Of a DNA stretch of 38,356 nucleotides, positions 17,107 to 25,323 are shown one piece after another; position 1 is the first letter of the stretch, and every line of letters begins with the position of its first letter. Position numbers and translations under genes: made by a program. Origin of the DNA: Chloroflexota bacterium (GTDB lineage Bacteria; Chloroflexota; Dehalococcoidia; Lucifugimonadales; Australimonadaceae). Where the stretch lies: assembly GCA_026713505.1 (NCBI GenBank), contig JAPOOH010000387.1, positions 1 through 38,356 on the forward strand, given 5' to 3'. The notes under the pieces were generated by a model. It ran no database searches and was not told where the DNA came from. It saw nothing but the letters and a program-made list of their open reading frames with translations.

Positions 17107-18231
17107 CTACAAGCCGTAGAGACGCCTTGCGTTGTCGCAGAGGATCTTGTCGACAGCCTGCTGGGAGATTTCGCCTGCGTCCACACGCGTCTGGAGCGCC
17201 TCCTGGAAGTGCCGCTCCTGGGACTGGTCAGCGTGCGTGTAGTCCGAGCCCACTACTATGTTGTCCTCGCCTGCGAACTTGAGGATGTATGGCAAATCTT
17301 CGTCCACCAGACAGGTGACGAAGATGTTCAACTCCCGAAGCGTGTCGTGCAGGGTGTTGAACCCGTCCGGCAGATCTGCGTACGTGAGCGTCCTGGAGGA
17401 CGGCCCCAGGGAGCCCGGGTGGTCCATGCGCCGCCTTATCTGGTAGAGCTCGTGCGGTATCCAGCCCGCCGCGGCTTCGATGAACCCCCACCGGATGTTC
17501 GGGTACCGGTGAGGAAGCTTGCTGAGCACCAGCGATGTGAACGTCTCAGGCAGGTAGGCAAAGGGCACCCGTGGCCCACGGAAGTCGCCGTCTGTGCGAT
17601 TCTCGCGAGTGTTCGGAATGCCGCTGCCGATATGCATGCAGACCGGCATCTCCAACTCCTCGGCGGTCTCCCATAGCGGGTCGAAGTACTCATCGGTGAA
17701 GTTATGGTCGGCTTCCCGGTTGCCCTTCTTGAAGATGCCAACCGCCCCGTGGTCCTTGGCCCACCGTACCTCCTTGATCGCCTCGTCCATGTCCATCAGC
17801 GGCGGGAGGCACAACCAACCCAACCGACCGTCGGATTCTCCGCACCTGTCCCCCAACCACCGGTTGTAAGCACGCTTGAGCGCCACGTCTCCTTCGACCT
17901 TCGTGGTGGGTTGAACGAGGAAGAGCGTAGGGTAGATAACCTGGGCTTGAACGCTGAGTTCGTCCATGTCCCGCAGTCGCGCCCCCACGTCGAGTAGTTC
18001 ACGCGTTTCGACGGTGGTCATCGTCCTGGCGTCTTCCCGGTGCAGCCGCGGTTGGCGGTCACCGTCGATGACCCAGAATCGCTGAGTGGCCCTGCCTGGA
18101 GTGGGGTTGCTTGGGTAGCCGACGACGGGCTTGAACTGGACCTCGCTCGAGGCCATGTATTCCCATGTGTCCTCGGTCTCGTCGATGTGCGTATCTGCGT
18201 CTATCGTGGTGAGAGCTGTTGCGGTGGCCAT
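17107..18231 (-). CDS. Amidohydrolase_2 (ACMSD/LigW/LigI-like metal-dependent hydrolase, decarboxylase or hydratase family)
   Basis: The ORF track starts at 18321, but ATG 18231 (MATATALTTIDADTHIDETEDTW) has GAGGAGG 7 nt upstream and begins 14 nt after the upstream stop. It also has PVCMHIGSG and a C-terminal VVGSDYTHAD. The N-terminal metal motif reads D-x-D-x-H rather than the more usual D-x-H-x-H. Confidence 0.8.
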   Translation of the reverse strand: MATATALTTIDADTHIDETEDTWEYMASSEVQFKPVVGYPSNPTPGRATQRFWVIDGDRQPRLHREDARTMTTVETRELLDVGARLRDMDELSVQAQVIYPTLFLVQPTTKVEGDVALKRAYNRWLGDRCGESDGRLGWLCLPPLMDMDEAIKEVRWAKDHGAVGIFKKGNREADHNFTDEYFDPLWETAEELEMPVCMHIGSGIPNTRENRTDGDFRGPRVPFAYLPETFTSLVLSKLPHRYPNIRWGFIEAAAGWIPHELYQIRRRMDHPGSLGPSSRTLTYADLPDGFNTLHDTLRELNIFVTCLVDEDLPYILKFAGEDNIVVGSDYTHADQSQERHFQEALQTRVDAGEISQQAVDKILCDNARRLYGL

Positions 18232-18247
18232 GGGTATCCTCCTCACA

Positions 18248-19471
18248 TCAGGTCGTAGTGTCCGGTTCCCAGCGGTTGACGCGCACGACGCCGTCCGCCT
18301 CCAGCGTTTCGATGCTGGCATCGTCGTACCCGATCCCGTGAAGCACTTCCAGTGTGTTCTCTCCGAGCAGGGGGGCGAAGTTACGGAACTGCACGGGCGT
18401 GTCCGAGAGATGGAATGGTGTGGCGAGTTGCCTCACTGTCCCTTCCATGGGGTGGTCCAACTCCCACACCATCCCGCGCTCGCTAGCGTACTTGCCTTCC
18501 AACACCTCGTCCAACTCGAGGACCGGCACAACGGCGATCTCCTCCGGGATCAGGGCCATCCACTCGTCGCGGGTCTTCGTGAGCATGTGCTCGCGTACCT
18601 TTCGTATAGCGTCGGCGTCACGGTCGGGCCGGGTATCCCGCATCTCAGGAAGTCCAACGGCGTCGCAGAAGGGGGCCCAGAAGTGGTTCTGGTAGGCAGC
18701 CGCGTTGCTTATGTATTTGCCGTCCTTGCAGCGGATGTTCCCTATGCTCGGCCAACCGCGATGGCGGTACGACTGTTCGCGGAAATAACCGGGCGCGGTG
18801 CCGTTGAGGATAGTGGTCCCTCCCTCAACGAGCGCAATGTCTACCTGTTGCCCCTTGCCTGTCCGTTCTCGTGCCATGAGTGCTGCCTGGATCGATATCA
18901 CGGCGAGTGCGGCGGAGTAGCTGTCCACAGGCGTGAAGAGCATGTCTGCAGGCTCCGCGTCCTGTCCCGTGGTCATGGCAGTGAAGCCGGAATAACCCTG
19001 GGAGTTGCGCTCGTTACCCGGCCAGTTGGAGTAGCTGTTGCCGAACCCCCATCCACTCAGCGTAGCGTAGATGAGCCTGGGGTTGATCGCGCTCAGCGTC
19101 TCGTAGTCCGCGCCGAGGCGATTGTACACAGGCAGGCGGAAGGAGCCGAAGAATACGTCAACGTCCACAATCAGCTTATGGAGGATCGCCTGCCCTTCAG
19201 GCTTCTGAAGGTTGATGGCGATGCTCCGCTTATTACGATGTATGTGTTCCCAGGCGTTGCTTCTGAACTCTTCCTCAGCAACCTTTGGGTCTATTCCGAC
19301 TCGCTCACGCGACTCGCGCGCAGCGGCCTGGTTGCGGTAAGCATTGCGGTCTGCAACGTCTTCCACCTTCAGGATGTCCATGCCCAGATCGGCCAGCATC
19401 CATGTCGCCGTCGGCCCGGGCACCAGACGGGTCACGTCAATCATCCGGTACCCTTCTAGCGGCAATGTCAT
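18248..19471 (-). CDS. Family III (CaiB/BaiF) CoA-transferase paralogue with Glu at the catalytic Asp position
   Basis: The ORF track starts at 19642, but ATG 19471 (MTLPLEGYRMIDVTRLVPGPTATWMLADLGMDILKVEDV) has AAGGAGG 7-8 nt upstream. The catalytic context reads WPGNERNSQGYSG, which aligns without gaps to KPGYDRLTQGFSG of the 15886-17046 paralogue. Confidence 0.85.
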   Translation of the reverse strand: MTLPLEGYRMIDVTRLVPGPTATWMLADLGMDILKVEDVADRNAYRNQAAARESRERVGIDPKVAEEEFRSNAWEHIHRNKRSIAINLQKPEGQAILHKLIVDVDVFFGSFRLPVYNRLGADYETLSAINPRLIYATLSGWGFGNSYSNWPGNERNSQGYSGFTAMTTGQDAEPADMLFTPVDSYSAALAVISIQAALMARERTGKGQQVDIALVEGGTTILNGTAPGYFREQSYRHRGWPSIGNIRCKDGKYISNAAAYQNHFWAPFCDAVGLPEMRDTRPDRDADAIRKVREHMLTKTRDEWMALIPEEIAVVPVLELDEVLEGKYASERGMVWELDHPMEGTVRQLATPFHLSDTPVQFRNFAPLLGENTLEVLHGIGYDDASIETLEADGVVRVNRWEPDTTT

Positions 19472-19592
19472 CGATCCAGCCTCCTTTCGGACTATCGGAT
19501 TCTGCCATAGGGCTGCCGCGATGGGCTCTGCAGCCTCGCAGACCAACCGGTCCACATCGAGAGCGGTCCTGACCCCACCTCGCCCTGTTGCT

Positions 19593-20504
19593 CTACGTCC
19601 CGCGCATCCTGGGGTCCAGCACGTCCCGCAGCGCATCGCCAAATACGGCGAACGAGAAGGTGAGCAAGGCCAGGGCCACGCCGGGGAAGATGGAGAGCCA
19701 CGGTGCCAGCTCCATGTTCGTCTTGGCAGCCGACTGCAGCATGTTGCCCCATGAGGGTGTCGGCGGTTGTACTCCCAGCCCCAGGAAGCTGAGGCTCGCT
19801 ACGATAACGATCGCCGCCCCCAGCTGCTGCGTGGCAAGCACGAACACCGGGGCCAGGCAGTTGGGAATCATGTATCGCGTAAGGATCCTCCACGTCCTTG
19901 CGCCGATGGCGACAGCCGCCAGGACGTAGGGCTCTTCCTTAACGCTCAGGGCCGAGGAACGGGACAGGCGTATCACCTTGTCGAAATAGTTGAAGGCGAT
20001 CGCAAGGGTGACGTTCAGGAGCGACGGTCCCAGCGCAACGACCATGACCAGCACCACCACCAGTCCCGGGAAACCCATCATCGTGTCGATGAAGCGCTGC
20101 ACAACCAAATCGAACTTGCCGCCGACGTAGGCCGACGTCACCCCTATCACCACTCCGACCGTAGTCCCGATGATGACTGACGCAAAGCCGACGAATAGAG
20201 ACACCCTTGAACCGTAGATGATTCGGCTCAACTGGTCCCTGCCGAAGACGTCTGTGCCAGCGAGGTACTTCCAACTGGGCGGCTCGTAGCTCGCGCTGGG
20301 GTTATGCGTGTAGGGGTCTGCTGGCACGATCACCGGGGCCAGGACTGCTATCGTGATCATGAAGATGACGACGGCTCCACCGAAGGCGCCCAGAGGTTTC
20401 CTGCGCGCGAATCGCAGGATGCCTGACAGGATGGACAACGCCCTCCTGCGGTTCCGGGCGAAACCGGGGGACAGGATGTCGGCCGTTGGAGATATCGTGC
20501 TCAA
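19593..20504 (-). CDS. ABC transporter permease, peptide/opine/nickel (DppC/OppC-like) family
   Basis: 303-aa ORF with a TTG start. It is multi-TM with an N-terminal RRKPLGAFGGAVVIFMITIAVLAPVIVPADP and an EAA-like loop region (SALSVKEEPYVLAAVAIGART). Confidence 0.9.
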   Translation of the reverse strand: MSTISPTADILSPGFARNRRRALSILSGILRFARRKPLGAFGGAVVIFMITIAVLAPVIVPADPYTHNPSASYEPPSWKYLAGTDVFGRDQLSRIIYGSRVSLFVGFASVIIGTTVGVVIGVTSAYVGGKFDLVVQRFIDTMMGFPGLVVVLVMVVALGPSLLNVTLAIAFNYFDKVIRLSRSSALSVKEEPYVLAAVAIGARTWRILTRYMIPNCLAPVFVLATQQLGAAIVIVASLSFLGLGVQPPTPSWGNMLQSAAKTNMELAPWLSIFPGVALALLTFSFAVFGDALRDVLDPRMRGT

Positions 20505-20532
20505 ACTGTCGTCCCTTTCGTGCGCATCGAGA

Positions 20533-21495
20533 CTATTTCGCGAAGTCGATCCGGGGATCGATGATCTTGTACAAAAGGTCGACGATCAGATTGATGCCCA
20601 ACAGGAAGAATACGAGCAGAAGGGTCAGGCTCTGGATGACCGGATAGTCCCGCTCCCTGGCGCCCGCGATGATTCCCTGCCCTATTCCCGGGATGCTGAA
20701 GATGTTCTCCAGTATCAGGCTCCCGCTTAGCAGGAAGCTCAGATAGAAGCCTGCAACCGTGATAACGGGGATGAGCGCATTGCGGAGCACGTGCCTTCCC
20801 AGAACAACGATCTCATGCAGGCCCTTGCTGCGCGCCGTGCGTACGTAGTCTTGCCGCAGCACTTCCAGCACGTTAGACCGGGTTATCCGCGTCATGAACG
20901 CGGTATAACCCCAGGCCAGGATCAGCACAGGCCAGATGATCTTGAGAAAGTGCGCGGTGGGGTCATCCCAGACCGGTCTGTAGCGCAGGGGTGGGCTCCA
21001 CTGAAGCACGAGCACCATGAAGAGAAGCAGCATCAGGGCAAGCCAGAAATTGGGTATAGAATTGCCCGTAATGGTGAAGATGCGAATGACATAGTCAGGC
21101 CATCTATCCTGATAGATGGCGGCGAGGATGCCTAACGGGATCGAAACGATCATCGTGATGATGATGGTGTACAGGGCCAGCAGGGCAGTGACTCTGAGCC
21201 GCCGGGAGACCATCTCAGAGATCGGCTCCCTCGTAGCGAGAGACTCGCCACCGAACTGGCCGTTCATCATGCTCCATATCCAGGTCCCGTACTGAACGGC
21301 GAGAGGGTCGTTGAGCCCCAGGCTGGTCCTCAGCTGCTCGTACTGTTCCTGGGTGACGTAGGCCTGGTCCTCGTCCGAAAGGATCCGCGCAGCAACGTCC
21401 CCGGGAAGGACGCGCATGGCGCCGAAGATCAGGAGGGACGCGAAGAAGAGCGTGGGGACGAACAGCAGGATCCGCTTAGCAACGTAAGCCTTCAT
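20533..21495 (-). CDS. ABC transporter permease, peptide/opine/nickel (DppB/OppB-like) family
   Basis: 320-aa ORF with MKAYVAKRILLFVPTLFFASLLIFGAMRVLPGD and YVRTARSKGLHEIVVLGRHVLRNALIPVITV (EAA loop). Confidence 0.9.
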   Translation of the reverse strand: MKAYVAKRILLFVPTLFFASLLIFGAMRVLPGDVAARILSDEDQAYVTQEQYEQLRTSLGLNDPLAVQYGTWIWSMMNGQFGGESLATREPISEMVSRRLRVTALLALYTIIITMIVSIPLGILAAIYQDRWPDYVIRIFTITGNSIPNFWLALMLLLFMVLVLQWSPPLRYRPVWDDPTAHFLKIIWPVLILAWGYTAFMTRITRSNVLEVLRQDYVRTARSKGLHEIVVLGRHVLRNALIPVITVAGFYLSFLLSGSLILENIFSIPGIGQGIIAGARERDYPVIQSLTLLLVFFLLGINLIVDLLYKIIDPRIDFAK

Positions 21496-21532
21496 TCGCC
21501 CCTCCGCCCTTCTTCACATTCGTTCTTGGCCC

Positions 21533-23335
21533 CTACTTATCCAGCCAGGCGTACTGGTACGACGCATAGGTGGGCGGGTTCAGCACGAACGCGGTCTTTG
21601 CATTCTGGACGTAGCCCCGGGCGGGCACCAGGTTGAGACCCACCACCGAGTGCACCATCAGGACCTCGTCGCGATATATGTATTGCTCGATCTCGCGGAG
21701 TATCCGCAACCGGTCCTCGCTGTTCGTCACCGTACCGATCTCGGCTGCGAACTCATCGATCCTGGTGTCCTCATGCACGATGCTGGCGTAAGGACTCTCC
21801 GACTTCCTGCCGTACTGGAAGTTGATCGACGACGGCGTGCCGAGGTCCAGGGTTCCACCACCCCACGAGACTTCCCAGTCGGTGCCAGCCTTCGTCGAGT
21901 CGAATGCGGTAACGTCCATCACTTGGAGCTTGGGGTCGAGGCCCAGGCCATCCATCGCTCCGACCCACCACTCCATCTGTTGCACCTGGGTATCGGGCAG
22001 GATGATGGAGAACTCTAGCCCTTGAGCACCAGCCTCGGCCACGAGCTCTCGTGCCCTGGCCTGGTCGGCTGCCTTCGTGTCGGGGTTGAAACCCGGCCAC
22101 TCCATGAAGTCCGGATTGGACGAGCGCACGTCCGAGAACCCGGCCCGAACACGGCCGTTCCCCTGCAGCAGCGTAGCGACAGCGGTCTGCCGGTCTACAT
22201 ACAGCGAGATGGCCTGGCGGAGGCGCTTGTCAGCGAATGGTCCTTCGATGACGTTGAACCCCATGCCGGCGCCTCCACCACCCGCTATCTCCATGAAGTA
22301 GACGTCCTCACCCAGGCTCTGCTGGTACAGCGGCACCTCTTCCGGCGTGACGTAGTAGCGAGCTCCCCTGGCGCCGACGTCGAGCTGTCCCGTCCTGAAC
22401 GCCGCGTGGAACGCCGCCGGGTCAGACATGATGAAGTACTCGAGGCCGTCAAGGAACGGCAGTGCGTTCCCAGCGTCGTCTGTGCCGTAGAAGTCGTCGA
22501 ACCGTTCGAGGACGACGTCGACTCCACGTTCGTAACTCACGAACTTGAACGGCCCGGCGCCGATGTTGCCGAGTTCAAGTGGCGCGGCTTCGAGGTTTCC
22601 TCCCTGGAACGCAGGTTCGAAGACATGCTTGGCGTGGAATATCGGTATCCGGTGCATCCCGAGGCTTTCGAGGTAGAAGGCGTCGGGGGAGTTCAAGGTG
22701 ATGCGCACGCGGTTTCCGTCGATCGCCTCGACCGAAGCGATGTCGCCGAACTGACCCCTTGCGACGCCCGGCAGGCGCTCCTGGTCGCCTACCTTGTACC
22801 CGGAGATGAATAGCTCGAGCCACCACCGGAAGTCCTCGTTGTTCATCGGAGCGCCGTCGTGCCAGGTCAACCCGTCCCGGATCTTGAATGTCCATTCAGT
22901 GAAATTGTCGTTGACCTCCCAGCTCTCAGCGAAACCCGGGCAGATCGTTGTCTCGTCGTCGAAACAGGCCTGAACGAAGTTCCCCTCACCTGCGATGGCC
23001 GCGGTGATGGGCGTCAGGTTGTAGTTGGTGCTGCGCATGGTGTCCCATGCCGCTGGTGGGTCAGCCCGGTGTCCGATCCGGAGGATCCCTCCGTACTTCG
23101 GTTGGTCAACCGGGATCGGCGTGGCGGTCGGCGTTGCCGTGGGTTCCGCCGGCGCTACTGTGGGTGCAGGGTCCATGGACCCGCTCTCGGGGGGACTTGT
23201 CGGAGTCGGCTCCGGCGGAGGAGAAGTAGGAGTCGCGGTCGGCTCGTCAGACGAGCATGCGGCGATCACCGCAAGCAGTGTTGCCACTACCAGCGCCACA
23301 GTCAACGAAGTCAGAGAGCGCATCTTCCACCTCAT
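21533..23335 (-). CDS. ABC transporter substrate-binding lipoprotein, family 5 (DppA/OppA-like)
   Basis: The ORF is open to 23371. ATG 23335 and ATG 23323 have SD-like AGGA and GAGGTGG upstream, and both give a lipoprotein signal peptide (MRSLTSLTVALVVATLLAVIAAC, lipobox IAAC). A Pro/Thr-rich tether (PTATPTSPPPEPTPTSPPESG...EPTATPTATP) precedes a family-5 SBP body. Confidence 0.9.
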   Translation of the reverse strand: MRWKMRSLTSLTVALVVATLLAVIAACSSDEPTATPTSPPPEPTPTSPPESGSMDPAPTVAPAEPTATPTATPIPVDQPKYGGILRIGHRADPPAAWDTMRSTNYNLTPITAAIAGEGNFVQACFDDETTICPGFAESWEVNDNFTEWTFKIRDGLTWHDGAPMNNEDFRWWLELFISGYKVGDQERLPGVARGQFGDIASVEAIDGNRVRITLNSPDAFYLESLGMHRIPIFHAKHVFEPAFQGGNLEAAPLELGNIGAGPFKFVSYERGVDVVLERFDDFYGTDDAGNALPFLDGLEYFIMSDPAAFHAAFRTGQLDVGARGARYYVTPEEVPLYQQSLGEDVYFMEIAGGGGAGMGFNVIEGPFADKRLRQAISLYVDRQTAVATLLQGNGRVRAGFSDVRSSNPDFMEWPGFNPDTKAADQARARELVAEAGAQGLEFSIILPDTQVQQMEWWVGAMDGLGLDPKLQVMDVTAFDSTKAGTDWEVSWGGGTLDLGTPSSINFQYGRKSESPYASIVHEDTRIDEFAAEIGTVTNSEDRLRILREIEQYIYRDEVLMVHSVVGLNLVPARGYVQNAKTAFVLNPPTYASYQYAWLDK

Positions 23336-23464
23336 GGTTATTCCTGGAGTCGCTCCGTCCGGTGACGCCATGGGCTACGTTGGCAACCGGACGGAACAGG
23401 GAACACTGGACGACCTGAGCCTCAACTTCCCGAGAGCAGCTCAGACGCCTTCGGACACGCCGCC

Positions 23465-23493
23465 GTTTTACTCCAACCACCGAAGAGTGTCAA
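23465..23493 (-). promoter_or_regulatory. Candidate sigma70-type promoter for the SBP-to-cupin operon
   Basis: On the minus strand: TTGACA (23493-23488), 17-nt spacer, TAAAAC (23470-23465). It lies about 90-140 nt upstream of the SBP start candidates. Confidence 0.4.
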
Positions 23494-23539
23494 CAAAACG
23501 AAACCAGGAGGCCTCCAGCCCGGTATGGCCAACTCTCGA

Positions 23540-23568
23540 TTGCACCGCTTCTGGCTTCTCCCTACAAT
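23540..23568 (+). promoter_or_regulatory. Candidate sigma70-type promoter for the ABC-2/GldG-like operon
   Basis: TTGCAC (23540-23545), 17-nt spacer, TACAAT (23563-23568). It lies about 50 nt upstream of ATG 23619. Confidence 0.35.
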
Positions 23569-23618
23569 CCCGTCACTTGCAAGGGGCATGGGAGAGAGTT
23601 GGCATCGCGCCCGGACAA

Positions 23619-24605
23619 ATGTCTGTTGATACTGCACCCAACCTGTCGGACACGCAGCCGCTGATAGTGGCGGAGGCACTCTCAAAATTCTACCGGGGGT
23701 TCGCGGCCATAGAAGACATCAGCTTCACCATCTCTCAAGGTGAGGTCGTGGGCTTCCTGGGCCCTAATGGAGCTGGGAAGACCACCGCGATGCGGATCCT
23801 CTCTGGTTACATGCCTCCGTCCGCCGGCGCGGCGCGCATAGCGGGATTCGATACCGTTGAAGCGTCCCAGGAAGCCCGGCGGCGGGTTGGGTACCTTCCC
23901 GAGTCGGTGCCGCTCTACACCGACCTCACGATTCGAGGCTACCTCGGCTACATGGGGACCCTGCGCGGGATGACGGGACGGCGACTCAAACAGCGCATCG
24001 ACGAAGCCGTCGAGACTGTCCAAGCCACCGATTACATCGATACTGCCATAGGCAAGTTGTCGAAGGGCTACCGCCAGCGTGTGGGCATCGCACAAGCCAT
24101 CCTGCACGAACCTCCAGTGGTCATCCTGGACGAGCCAACGGTCGGCATAGATCCACTGCAAGTAGTCGAGACCAGACGCCTCATCCAGAGCCTCGGAACC
24201 GAGCACACGGTACTTCTGAGCACGCACATACTGCCCGAGGTGAGCATGGTGTGCGACCGGGTCATCATCATTCACGAGGGGCGCCTGGTAGCCGATGGCA
24301 ATCCGGCAGAGTTGGCGGACAGCCTCGCCGGCGCCGTCGTCATCGAATCCGAAATAAGGGGCCCTGCAGGGCCGATCTCAGCAGCCCTCGCCCGGATACC
24401 TGGTGTAGTGAGCGTCTCGAGCGATGTCGATGAAGACATCGGCACCTACCGCGTAGAGGCGCAGCCCGGTTCGCCTGTCCACGAATCGATCGCAGCGGTC
24501 GTTGTGGCAGCGGGTTGGGTCCTCCTGCGTCTGCAGCGAGCTCCGATGACGTTGGAGGACGTATTCGTGCAACTCACCGAGGAAGACCCTGTTGCCCATG
24601 CGTAG
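23619..24605 (+). CDS. ABC transporter ATP-binding protein (ABC-2 / GldA-like)
   Basis: The ORF-track start at 23025 overlaps the divergent SBP gene. The first in-frame ATG after that gene is 23619 (MSVDTAPNLSDTQPLIVAEALSKFY). It has Walker A GPNGAGKTT, signature LSKGYRQR and Walker B VVILDEPT, plus a C-terminal domain of about 100 aa. Confidence 0.9.
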   Translation: MSVDTAPNLSDTQPLIVAEALSKFYRGFAAIEDISFTISQGEVVGFLGPNGAGKTTAMRILSGYMPPSAGAARIAGFDTVEASQEARRRVGYLPESVPLYTDLTIRGYLGYMGTLRGMTGRRLKQRIDEAVETVQATDYIDTAIGKLSKGYRQRVGIAQAILHEPPVVILDEPTVGIDPLQVVETRRLIQSLGTEHTVLLSTHILPEVSMVCDRVIIIHEGRLVADGNPAELADSLAGAVVIESEIRGPAGPISAALARIPGVVSVSSDVDEDIGTYRVEAQPGSPVHESIAAVVVAAGWVLLRLQRAPMTLEDVFVQLTEEDPVAHA

Positions 24606-25314
24606 GGTACTGGCCATCACCTACCGCGAGACGCAGGCGAACTTCGTATCCCCGATCGCCTACGTCATCGCCCTGGTATTCGTATCGCTGACCGGTTACT
24701 TCTTCGTGGACGCTATGTCAGCTTCGGCGTTCCCCGAGGCAACCGTTGAACCGTACGTGGGCCGCGCCACATTCATCCTGGCACTACTCGGCCCGTTGCT
24801 GACGATGCGGCTGCTGGCAGAGGAACGGAAACTCGGCACGCTCGAATTGCTGATGACTTCCCCTGTCCGGGACTGGGAAGTTGTCATCGGCAAGTTTGCG
24901 GGAGCGTTTGTGGTCGTCATCTCAGCCATCGCGCTCACATCGGTCTACGTGGGCCTGCTGTTTCTCTACGGGAATCCTGATCCAGGCCCCATATTCACCG
25001 CCTACATAGGCCTTGCGCTCTTTGCCGGGGCAGCGCTGGCTGTAGGGCTGTTCACGTCATCGCTGACCAGCAACCAGATTATTGCGGCGGTGTTGTCATA
25101 CGGCATCCTTGCCCTGTTGTCGGTCATCCACCTCGCCGCGGACCACGTCGGCGGCGCACCCGCAACGCTCCTCCGTGAACTGTCTATGGTGGTCCACTTC
25201 GAAGACTTCCTACGAGGCGTGCTCGACCTGCGCCATGTCGCCTACTACATAAGCGTCGTGGTCGTCCTCTTGTACTTCACCACCCGGACGCTCGAACTCG
25301 GGCGCTGGCGATAG
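24598..25314 (+). CDS. ABC-2 type transporter permease (GldF-like)
   Basis: Hydrophobic six-TM-like protein. The ORF-track start at 24592 is TTG. ATG 24598 overlaps the ATPase stop as ATGCGTAG. Confidence 0.75.
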   Translation: MRRVLAITYRETQANFVSPIAYVIALVFVSLTGYFFVDAMSASAFPEATVEPYVGRATFILALLGPLLTMRLLAEERKLGTLELLMTSPVRDWEVVIGKFAGAFVVVISAIALTSVYVGLLFLYGNPDPGPIFTAYIGLALFAGAALAVGLFTSSLTSNQIIAAVLSYGILALLSVIHLAADHVGGAPATLLRELSMVVHFEDFLRGVLDLRHVAYYISVVVVLLYFTTRTLELGRWR

Positions 25315-25323
25315 GCGCGAAGC

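Noticed and set aside
17107-19642. Track starts 18321 (amidohydrolase) and 19642 (CaiB paralogue), which would make each gene overlap its upstream neighbour by 50-75 nt.
   Set aside because: The internal ATGs at 18231 and 19471 are each preceded by a strong GAGGAGG or AAGGAGG site and begin at the conserved N-terminal motif. The extra residues are Arg/Cys/Thr-rich and look non-coding.
23025-23618. 5' extension of the ABC-2 ATPase ORF (526 aa in the track) that overlaps the divergent SBP gene.
   Set aside because: The extension is antisense to the SBP signal peptide and linker and is Gly/Val/Ser-rich. The ABC domain begins right after ATG 23619, and promoter candidates lie inside the supposed extension.
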